Shown: positions 23,161 to 33,303 of the stretch, piece after piece
Position numbering within the stretch: position 1 is the stretch's first letter
How the letters are laid out: every line of letters starts with the position of its first letter
Origin: Macrostomum lignano
Lineage: Eukaryota
Direction: 5' to 3'
Length of the DNA stretch: 64,000 nt
NCBI GenBank assembly: GCA_002269645.1
Contig: NIVC01001181.1
Location: 124,001 to 188,000, forward strand
Notes under the pieces: generated by a model
Database searches by the model: none
The model's input: the letters and a program-made list of their open reading frames with translations, nothing else
Told to the model about the DNA's origin: nothing
Position numbers and translations under genes: made by a program

Positions 23161-25168
23161 ATGAATGTTTTCATTTTTTTTGGCTCATCGATTCTTGTCA
23201 GTTGTTATAATCGAACTTAGTTATTATTACCACGTAGATAAGCAGTTATAAGACTTAAATTAAAAGTACAGAGTCTTGGAGCAAAACTGAAAGTTGCACC
23301 GGAAGAGGCCGAACCCCTGAGTTCTTCGAGCACAGTATCAAACAGTTGTGATCGAATGCGGTGGTGCATTAAAACGATGAGTTGAATTGTTTTTCCTCGC
23401 ACTAAAACTTTGATTGTGGATCTTTTATCCTGTACTGACACCTGGATTCGGATAACTATTGAAAACGAGCATATATATGCATTATCTTTCCATTGATTAT
23501 CGTTATTTTCTTTCGACAGCGTCAAGATTTTTGTATAGATTATTAATTTTGCTGTAATTGTTTTGCATAATGAAATCTAATGCAAAATTGACAACGATTA
23601 TCGCTTTGAATGAACTCATCGTTTGTTCTGCGTATAATACTTTGTAACTAAGTCTATTATAATATGATGTATAACCAAGATGAAGTAACATATGCTTCCT
23701 AAATCCATTTCTGAAAATTCGATACATTCGAATCAGATAGCGGTTCTTTTTCTTTTCTTGGGTTTGCGTTTTTTGATTTTGTACTTTTATCCCTTCTCTT
23801 AATCTTTTTGTTTTTATTAGTGCCAGTACAGTATTGATATATATTAACTATAAAGTGTGAGCTTGAGCTGCTAAAATGTGTTCAATTCGTTGTCTTGATC
23901 GTTTTTTCTCCGACTATATGCGATGAGAGCGATTATCAAAATTATTTAAACTGTTTTGGGCCGTTTGTCTCATGTTTAAAAAAACAATATCAAAATGATT
24001 GCGCTGCTGAGTAATCTATCATCTCATTCGATTATAATTATTTTTCTTATCGAACGTACTTAATTGGGGCTGGATTTTGTTATACATATAGTTCGTGTTT
24101 ATTTGAACGTACTTCAATTTATTTACAGAACGAATCCCTATTTTGTTGATGTCAATCTCAGTAGAAAAGCAATTGTCCGACAAAATTAATTAGATTTTTA
24201 GCAGCGCAACCGTGCGGAACTGTTCAATTAGTACGTGTGGCTCTCATGCGGCTATCATGTCAAATATAAATGGAGACGCGCAAATGTGCTACATGTTATT
24301 TTTTGCGCAAATTGTTCGTTTGATTTATTTATTTGTCAACTTAAGAAAATAGTTTTTTAAATCAAGAACCTCGTCCCTTTCCAATCAAGGCGTAGATTTA
24401 GGAGTCTGTCATTAAGGTATTTTGCTATCCTAAACCATAATTCCTTAAAGCTGAAATTGTCAAATTCCTACGAGCGTAGCAATTCTTAGAATCTTGTGAA
24501 AGCAATTTCTGTTCCTGTTGAGCTCTTCTTCCTTGCGAGCATAGAATCTTGTCTCCCTTTGTCTTCCGTTTTACTTTTCTTGAGCAAAAGCAAAGCCAAC
24601 TTTCCAATAACACAGGAAATTAAATTCTGTGTAATATATACCACTCCTTATTGCTTGGCACGAATTAAAATCCAGAATGTTACCTTACAATCCCTGTTTT
24701 CTAAGGTCGATACTAGGCAGGTAGTTGCGAACTTTTTTTGTGAAAGTTGTCTCTAGAAGTAACGGGGTGAAAAATAGTCAGTCTTTATTAATCTCTTCTA
24801 TAGCCTCGGGAATTTTGCTTTAATAATTCTTCGATTCTACTCTAAGATCGACTAGTTGCATGAATTAATTAATAAGACCCTCATTTTCTGAGATTCTTCT
24901 ATTGTTTTTGAATATCTTGTTTTACGCAGTCAAGAGCATGATGTGCACTTCAGATTTCGCATTAAGCAGCTTTTAACTTACTTTGTACTTAGACATTTTT
25001 ATTAATAGTAATGACGCGGAAGATGCCGCAGTCTTAGCTGTCTATGTCTTTTCGAAACGTCGACTAAACAAACAATAGTATTAATCAAGCAAAACAAAAA
25101 GAATTGTTGCTCTGTTTGTAAATGACTTTGCACTTTTGTGTATCAGAGTTATGTTTATAAAAGAAGAT

Positions 25169-27544
25169 ATGTTTCTACTGCTGCTGAGCATTCTTAATCT
25201 TGTTATTCCTGCTGGCTGGGCTACTGTACCGTTGGAGCCGTATCCCGCTATCCAGTTTACTGTCGAGGACTCGATTACCATCAAAGATTACAGTAAAGCG
25301 CGCATCACGCTACTATCAGTTGGACAAGAGCGAACCTTAGTCTGCGAATCGCCGATTAGTGTATCTGCAAATAAGAGAAAAAACCTACAAATTGATTGGT
25401 ACTTTGGCGATACAGATTCTCTGACTAAAATTATATTCGATAGCAACGGCTGGTCTCTGTCGCATCGTACTACTACGAATAACAGTAGTAGTAGCGCGTT
25501 TCGCATATTATTAGACGATGGTGTCTACCGCAACAGAGGTTCTATTGTTGTTAAGTCGAGCAACATCAGCAGCTTTAGCGATAAAAATGGCCTCAGGTGG
25601 GACATTTTAAAACCCGTCTGTGTCTTTTGCTTAAAGTTTAGGAAGTCAGGACGCTACAATTGCAAAACTTGCCGATCTTGAGAATACTTTTTTCGAACTT
25701 TAAGTGGAACTTTTGAATAAAGGATTGTGGATAAAGGCTCCACTCTGAAACCAGTGGTCGACTTTTCTCTGAGTTCAGAGCCCCAAGTAATTCCCAGGTC
25801 AGTGCAATTATGGCTAGAGTTGGATTAAAGGTTACTTTTTGACCATTGGTTTGGGGTGTTTCTGAGTGAACAGTTTGCAGTAAAAACCGAGTTTCCGAGT
25901 TAGTATAATTTGCGAATGTAGCGTCTTTCAGACTCTTTCTACTCAAGCCTGTGCTAGCGATATCTGAATTGTCGTCTAACGCGAACTCCACTTGCAGTTA
26001 CAATAATCTCTTAAATGGAATTCTGGCTTGCGTCTATAGTCGCAGCGGTGATATCTCATCGATATTTCACTTGATGACTTTGTTACCACCGTTGCCAATC
26101 AATCGTGAGTCTGCAGCGGTGACGCAGTGTCCACCAGGTCACGCTGCGGCTAGTTACGCTGGTCTGTCAGTTTGTCAACCCTGTTTGCCCAATGAATTTT
26201 CGCCCGGCGGCGTGTCGCCTTGTCAGCCGTGTCGAGCTGGTCAGTTTAACAGTCGGTTTGCTAGTCCTGAATGCGCTAAACAACGGTTAAAACGATCGAC
26301 AACAGCAGGGAAGGCGACTGTGTTAGTCATCATTTCGTCTGGGATTTATTTGGTTGGATTTAAAAATAAATAGTAGCAATGATAATGCAGAAGTGTTCTC
26401 CATTATACGCTCGTATAGAAGCCTAATTTTCATTTCTAAGCCAAGTCACTAAACCAAATATTTTAGCACCATTACTCCAACAATCTAGACCAGGCCGCAG
26501 GGATCGGCAAACTCCGGCCCACGAAGCCTCTCTATCCCGGATCTCGGGTCCTTTGAAACTTCACAATAGCAATCCAGTTCGCTCAAGGCTTGTGTCTCTT
26601 CTCATCTCTTCTATTTCGTCTCTCCTCTTCTCCTCTATTCCCTCGCCTCTCTTTTCTTTCTCTCTCCCCTTCTCTGGTCCGCATTCATGCGCTTGATTGT
26701 CTATCTGGCCCTAAGATAAAAAAGTTTGCCTATCCCTGATTTTTACTATGCTTACCAGCTTTCAACTTTTACCAGCTAGATATGCTAATTGATCGAAATT
26801 TTTATGCTTGAAAATTTAAAAGAGTAGGAGAACACTTTACAATGTACATGTGGCAAGGTTACCAAACAAGCAACCATAATTCAAAACGTGATCAACCACT
26901 GTAACATAACAGGGGGGCCGTAGCCCAGCGGTAGCGCAGCTGCTCTGGTGTGCCAGCGACCCAGGCTCGATTCCAAGTGCAGTCACATTAATTTGGGGCT
27001 GAATTGGAATCTCGGCTTGGCTCTGCTCGTGTAATTAACGGCCTTGAGGGCCAACCCCCCAAGGCGCAGTGAAGTGTACATGCCTAACGATAATATAAAG
27101 TTAGGGCCGCTGTACACTCCTGTGTGAGTGTGTGTCTGCGTACGTATCCGCGCGCTTGTATGCCTGCTCAGGGGAGTCGGCGGAATGGGCAGTAATGCCT
27201 CTCGCCGGTTGTGTGCCTATGTCGCTTAAAGTGCGCCAGGGTGCACACAACCCCCCTGCCTCTCTCTCTCTCTAACCACTGTAACAAAATCTTTCTCAAG
27301 GCATCTGATGCACCGGCGTCTTCCGCTAGCCGATTTTAGAAGCGTAATAATGTACCACTGTCTGCTAATATTGCTTCTGTCGGCGGTTGTCGTGGCTCTA
27401 TTATTAGTCAGCGCACTAAGCTTTGAAACTGTTTGGCACGGCGTTCTATCCGGTATTGAAATGAGCATAGCTGGAGCTCTCGATGATAGATTTGTGCTAA
27501 AAGAACCCGAAGCCGATGGGAATAATGATACTCAGGAAGCTTGA
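25169..27544 (+). CDS. Candidate spliced type I membrane protein: signal peptide, Ig-like segment, ephrin-receptor/TNFR-like Cys-rich repeat, TM; tentative join(25169..25596,25723..25797,25932..26321,27340..27544)
   Basis: MFLLLLSILNLVIPAGWA signal; RTLVC...IDWYFG; CPPG...CQPCLPNEFSPGGVSPCQPCRAGQFN...C; hydrophobic LLILLLSAVVVALLLVSAL. All three proposed introns are phase 2 with GT-AG ends. Exact structure is uncertain. Confidence 0.45.
26498..26738. mobile_element. Non-autonomous hAT (Charlie-like) MITE, ~240 bp
   Basis: 16-bp terminal inverted repeats CAGGGATCGGCAAACT / AGTTTGCCTATCCCTG (1 mismatch) with subterminal GGCCC motifs; no intact 8-bp TSD seen. Confidence 0.65.
26907..27273 (+). 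mobile_element. tRNA-derived SINE with 13-bp target-site duplication
   Basis: A box TAGCCCAGCGG (26921-26931), B box GGCTCGATTCC (26964-26974), (CT)n tail, flanked by AACCACTGTAACA at 26894-26906 and 27274-27286. Confidence 0.78.
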
Positions 27545-27783
27545 AATCTGACTTCGTATAATTGATTTCGCATGTACTCAGTAGTACTCTTTACTATACA
27601 GAAGAGATAAAACAGATCAATAAATACACGTACTTTACTCGTCTATAGTGATTGAAAATAAATTAGTTCTTACTAGTATTCCACTTTTCCACTTATTTTT
27701 CAACTGAAACTTTCGTTTTACTAATGAATTCTTGCAATAAAACTTTACTGCTGGCCAATTCTAGCTAAAAACACAATACGTCA

Positions 27784-28275
27784 ATGCTGCCACATCGGGT
27801 TGCATCATCATCACTGAGGCTTGTCGGCCTGTGCAGAGCCCTATCAGCCAATTCGCTATTTCATCAGCAGCAGACTATCCGATGCTTGGCTTCTGGCCTA
27901 TCGGCCACAGTAATACCCGGTCGTGGGCCGAATTTCCGACCAACCCGATCGCCGCTAACCCTCACCCAAGCGGCTGTTGATCGAGTCAAAGCTGCACTGG
28001 CCGAATCCAACGGTTCAGCTAAAGCGTTGAGAATTGGCGTCAGAACAAGAGGATGCAATGGACTGTCGTATACGCTGGACTATGCCAGCGAGAAAGCGGC
28101 CATGGACGAGACGGTTGAACAGGACGGGGTGACGGTCTACATCGATCGGAAGGCTCAGCTCACACTGCTAGGCACAGAGATGGACTACGTGAAGGGTCCG
28201 CTAGTTAGCGAGTTTGTCTTCTATAATCCCAACGCTAAAGGCACCTGCGGTTGCGGCGAAAGTTTCAATGTCTGA
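27784..28275 (+). CDS. ISCA1: Iron-sulfur cluster assembly 1, mitochondrial (A-type carrier), intronless
   Basis: Arg/Ser/Leu-rich presequence; RIGVRTRGCNGLSYTL, LTLLGTEMDY, FVFYNPNAKGTCGCGESFNV. Confidence 0.95.
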   Translation: MLPHRVASSSLRLVGLCRALSANSLFHQQQTIRCLASGLSATVIPGRGPNFRPTRSPLTLTQAAVDRVKAALAESNGSAKALRIGVRTRGCNGLSYTLDYASEKAAMDETVEQDGVTVYIDRKAQLTLLGTEMDYVKGPLVSEFVFYNPNAKGTCGCGESFNV

Positions 28276-29049
28276 TTTTGTCTACCCGTAGTTAGTTGCT
28301 CATCCTTGGTTGCTTGCACTGCTTGCTCGTCTGTCAAATCACGGATACTAAAAACATTAATAGTCAAATGAAATCTGGGGTTCCTATTGGTTGAGAAGTG
28401 TTTTGTCTATGACCGACAAAACCGCATTCTATACGCCCAAGAGATACAGTCGTAGTGGGCGTAATAAAACAGAAGAATTTATTTATTTGGCCCCAATAAT
28501 TAAAATTTGTTTCTGAATAATATTACGAGTACATTTAATACCTGACACTTACACTAACTTTATTGACTATATATCCAGGAGTCCAGAAGGTAAAGAGTGC
28601 AACATCTTGCTACTTAGTAGAAGTAGCAATCCACGAATTTTCTTTGCTTTCATTTTCATCACAAAAAATAAAGGATTAAAATGTTTATCATTTCTATGTT
28701 AATTGAATGAAGAGATTTCTATGAATTTTTGCTTACTAATAATTTTCGCTTGTGTACATATCTGGGGAAGTTTTTGTTTCGTTTTATCGTGTATAGATTA
28801 AAACGTCTGAATATACGGTAGGTCCCTCTTGGTGTCAGTTAATGACGTCAGAATGGGATCTGATCAGATAAGAATATGATGGCCTTGTGAATTGACCTTC
28901 TCTGAAAAATGATAAGTAAAAATTTCATTTAGAATAGCTCCGTTTGCATTAGTGATTTCATTTTATAAAATAACCGAATGTCTTTTTCTGTGTTTTTCTT
29001 TATTCCGATAGATTTAGCCAGTGCAATTTACAGAAACGTTCATTTATAG

Positions 29050-29690
29050 TCAGGGTCTAGCCAAATGTACATTGATACTTAAAACTCTACCCTTCCCTCG
29101 CCTGATCCTCGTCTGTGAGCATGAAGGCCTATCGAAATGTACATTGATATTTGAATCTCTACCCCTCTCTCGTCTGATCCTCGTCTGTGGGCATGAAGGC
29201 CTATCGAAATGTACATTGATATTTGAATCTCTACCCCTCTCTCGTCTGATCCTCGTCTGTGGGCATGAGGGCCTATTGAAATGTACATTGATATTTGAAT
29301 CTCTACCCCTCTCTCGTCTGATCTTCGTCTGTGGGCATGAAGGCCTATCGAAATGTACATTGATATTTGAATCTCTACCCCTCTCTCGTCTGATCCTCGT
29401 CTGTGGGCATGAAGGCCTATCGAAATGTACATTGATATTTGAATCTCTACCCCTCTCTCGTCTGATCCTCGTCTGTGGGCATGAAGGCCTATCGAAATGT
29501 ACATTGATATTTGAATCTCTACCCCTCTCTCGTCTGATCCTCGTCTGTGGGCATGAGGGCCTATCGAAATGTACATTGATATTCGAATCTCTACCACCCC
29601 TCTCTCGTCTGATCCTCGTCTGTGGGCATGAAGGCCTATCGAAATGTACATTGATATTTGACTCTCTACCCCTCCGCCTGAGTCTCATCT
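29050..29690. repeat. 72-bp tandem repeat, ~9 copies
   Basis: 24-aa periodicity in the overlapping ORFs. Confidence 0.95.
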
Positions 29691-30222
29691 GTGGGCGTGA
29701 AATCCAGGCAAATGTAACAGGTCGAATTTTAATCCAAAACTGCCGTACAAAACTGTCTCCTCCTGTTTCCTAGCAACTGCACATGCTGATAGTCAACATT
29801 CATAAGTTTTGTTTCCTGCATTTCTTTTTTTCGATTGGCGCTTCCGTTAATGAGCAACAGCATTCAGAACTTGTTACAACTTGTTAAAAATCGATCGAAA
29901 TAAGAAATAAGCCTCTTGTCTGTGGCAGTCACCCATTCTTACAATGGCGATTTCAGCCCGTCCTTTGTATGACCTTTATCTATAGCTAGCCCTTTCTATT
30001 CTGCTGATAGATAAAGTAAAATAGACTGCCAACTTTACGAGTAATAAAACACTTGCTACTAGTAGGTAAAGAAACCAGACATTATTTTTTGCAACAGCGC
30101 TACTCATAGTTCATATCCGATTTTATTCGTTCTCTAACAACCGATAATTAGTTGATCGAATTACACCAGATTTACTTCTTAAAAATATTGGTCTATTCCA
30201 TTCTCTGTAACTCTCAGTCTTC

Positions 30223-30870
30223 TTAACGCGAGCCAATTCCGTTAGTCGTCCCAGGTTCGATTTCATCTTGCATTGCCGTCTCATCAAACTCATACGGTGC
30301 AACTTGCAACTCATAAGACAGCGGCCATATTGGATCCTGTGGGATTGGCCATGTGATGGTTATCGTTGTCTTCGTCTTAATAGGTAAAGACTATTAATAG
30401 AGACATCACTTACCAGGCGTTTGTAAGCCTTGAGTCTGGCTAATAGCAGGTGTTGCAGGTCTACCTGGTTTCCAATTGTCATCGGCTCATCTAGCGAGCC
30501 CTGGGAGTCATGGACAGCGCTCTTCAGAGCTCGTTTAACATTCCCTGCGAAGTATTTCGACCGCAAGTTAAATGACTAAAAAACAGCTAGAGCATCACAT
30601 TACCATGTACAAGTATGGAAGTACTCACACGAGTAGCAGTAGTGCAAATTGATGTGGTCGGAACAAACTGAAACGTAAATTATAAATCGTCTAGTGTGAA
30701 AATTTTCTGCTCAAACTTGATACAAAGCTTTTTTTGTTAAAAAACGCATGGTCCATTTTCTTGAACAAAGACCTACCAGCATGAGAGTCTCCGAACTCGA
30801 TCAGACAAGCAGCACAGAGAGCTACAATCAGCAGCTTCCAGGATCGATTTGTTCCAGCTAGCGACATCAT
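30223..30870 (-). CDS. Candidate small secreted protein, join(complement 30870..30777,30544..30414,30375..30223), ~125 aa if it ends at the exon-3 stop
   Basis: Exon 1 MMSLAGTNRSWKLLIVALCAACLIEFGDSHA (signal-like), donor GTAGGT; exon 2 acceptor ttcgcag, donor GTAAGT; 38-nt intron ending attaag; phases 1 and 0 are consistent. Confidence 0.55.
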
Positions 30871-31429
30871 GGTTATGATGATTGATTAGCTTTCTTCTAA
30901 GAAAGTATTACCAAAATGAACGATCCAACACTCTCGATTTGCTTCAAATGGCGTCAGCTGTGTATTTCAGCCGTATATATCATGCACAAAGCTGAATTTT
31001 ATTGAATATAAAAATCCTTAACTGTGATTCGTTGGGCATTCTGAATGGTCCTGCAGTCCAATCTATGCAGACGGAATCTATATCGGCAGCTATACTACTA
31101 ATAGTATCATAATACATGTATAGACACTGGATAAACGGACCTTTGAATAATTTATACACGACAACCCACGGGTTCATTTCCAAGTGTGACTTCTTCACGC
31201 TTTTGCTTACACGATGTACATTGTACACAGATTGATGGTGCTTAATAAACGTTACTCTATCAGGTAAAAACGTTATTTTAGATTTACATGTATACTTGCC
31301 ACCCCCTTCGGGGCGGCCGGCCAATAAATACGTGTAGGCAAGGAACGAAGGTTATTTATGTGGATCCCATTTGCCTTTATCCTATTTGCCTTACCCTATT
31401 TAGCAAATTTCCCTTGTAATATTTGGCAA

Positions 31430-31590
31430 ATGAGTGCCTGCGGCGCCAAAATGATTACCTCCGGCGCCAAAATGGATGTCTACCTGTAACGCAAAAATGA
31501 GTACCTGCGGCGTAAAATGAGTGCCTATGGTGCCAAAATGAATGTCTGCCTGCGGCTCGGCGCTAAAATGAGTGCCTGCGGTGCCAAAAA
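31430..31590. repeat. Degenerate ~21-bp repeat AAAATGAGTGCCTGCGGCGCC
   Basis: Seen directly. Confidence 0.75.
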
Positions 31591-32824
31591 TTATAGATTT
31601 ATAACTGTAATCGTTAAAAAGATCTTAGACCCCAATATATCAGCACAGTAATACTAATATAGCATTTTTATTGAGTATTTTATTGAAGAATTCGAGCACT
31701 CATTTAGGGGCATTGCCAATCGCATTTAAAGTTTCTACTTTCGTCTATGGTTAAACACCGTCTATGGCACAGGCACGGACTTAGCATGAATTAAGACACA
31801 GATCGAGCAGTTAAATTCAGACATGCAGCAGATGCTAATAGAGTTGTATAGTCCACGGGACGAAATCAATCTACAGGATTGGCGTTCCATGGTACTGCAG
31901 AGACCCTAAAGTGGATCACTCTGTCCTTGCCTCGCTGTTTGGCCCGTGAAAACATGATTGAGCACATACGAGTTCTGAAAGTTTAGTCACAGTTGCAGAC
32001 TTTCTGCATGCGTCACAAACTACACGATCTTGTCTAATGGCTTCGAGTTTAATGTCTGGCGGCTTCAACTGTTGGATGTCTCAAATTCAATGCTCTTCTC
32101 AATACACGGTTTTGGTCATAGACAATCGTGGAAGCGCGGGCTGAATATCGCTTGGCCGTATCTTGAATCGAATTCACGACTTCTTAAATTAGCTGAAAAT
32201 GCTAATTTTTTCCCATAGCCAATTTTCTACAATATTTTGCAATCGAATTTTTATTTCTTTCCTTGAAGAAGCTGTCACAGATTTTTCGCTCAGCAAACCA
32301 AGTAAGAGAGTATTTAATCAGCTGCCCACAACAGCTGAACGGCTGCGTGACAAAGCGTGAATTGAGAAATTGAAGAGAATACGTCACTTCCCAATGACAG
32401 CTTCTCATAAAATTAGAATTCTATCGTTTGGCACGATTGATAAGCAATAAAGAGCAATGCATTAATAAAGCTCTAATGGTGTAAAATCGACGACAAGAAA
32501 GTTGGAATTACATAGTATTTACCATTTTATAAATCTACCAAATTTATTCAATAATTATGATCATTGATTTATAAAAGTTTTAGATGTGCGGTATAATTAA
32601 CTGTAAACTATGAGAACGACATCGAGGTACGAATCGAACGCATAGCATAATAAATATAACTGATTATTATAGTACTCAAAATTGCATATCGTATTTACAC
32701 CGAGTGCAGAGTAGTCCAGAGTCAAATTAAGCATCAAAGTTTTACAACAGTAATATTATCCACACAGTCACGTGCAAATAATAAAATAGTTCTCCAAATT
32801 TTTTTACATATAAGAAGCGCTCCT

Positions 32825-33140
32825 TATCACCCATTGGCTAAAGCCCCCACCCCACCCCTAGAGAATCCTAGAATATACAGCTAGACTAAGATAAGAGAAA
32901 CTCATCGCTCATTGGCTAGAGACCCCACCCCACCCCAGAGAATACGAAAATGTACAGCTAGACTAAGATAAGAGAAACTCCTTTTCGCTCATTGGCTAGA
33001 GACCCCACCCTACCCCACCCTAGTTCTAGAAAATCCCAGAATGTACAGCTAGACTAAGATAAGAGAAGCCCCTTATCGCTCATTGGCTGGAGCCCCCACC
33101 CCACCCCAGTTCCAGGGAATCCGAGAATGTACGCAGCTAA
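32825..33140. repeat. ~77-90-bp repeat, 3-4 copies (CAGCTAGACTAAGATAAGAGAA...CTCATTGGCT...CCCCACCC)
   Basis: Anchor CAGCTAGACTAAG recurs near 32879, 32956 and 33046. Confidence 0.8.
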
Positions 33141-33303
33141 AAGCAACTACTCGATGTTGGTTGGCTAAACCCAGTCACTCTTATCGAAGTTGGTGATACA
33201 CAAAAAATGTTAACAATTGTTGAGTTTGTGTTTCTTGTTTAAAGAAGTGCCTTTCAAAATATCAATTTTTAAGACATTTTAAGACAGCTGAATTCATTTA
33301 TAA

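Noticed and set aside
26913-26985. Functional tRNA gene
   Set aside because: A and B boxes are present, but the T stem (CCAGG/CCAAG) and acceptor stem (GGGGCCG vs TGCAGTC) do not pair; the TSD and tail indicate a SINE head.
27855-27870. Extra hammerhead core (CTGATGA on the minus strand); likewise CTGACGA near 41845
   Set aside because: No stem II followed by GAAA and no stem I pairing; the first lies inside the ISCA1 CDS.
29050-29690. CRISPR array
   Set aside because: Units are contiguous near-identical repeats without unique spacers, there are no cas genes, and the context is eukaryotic. The same applies to the other arrays.
31800-32410. Short ORFs at 32030 (+) and 32202 (-)
   Set aside because: Under 70 aa with no motifs or convincing splice partners.
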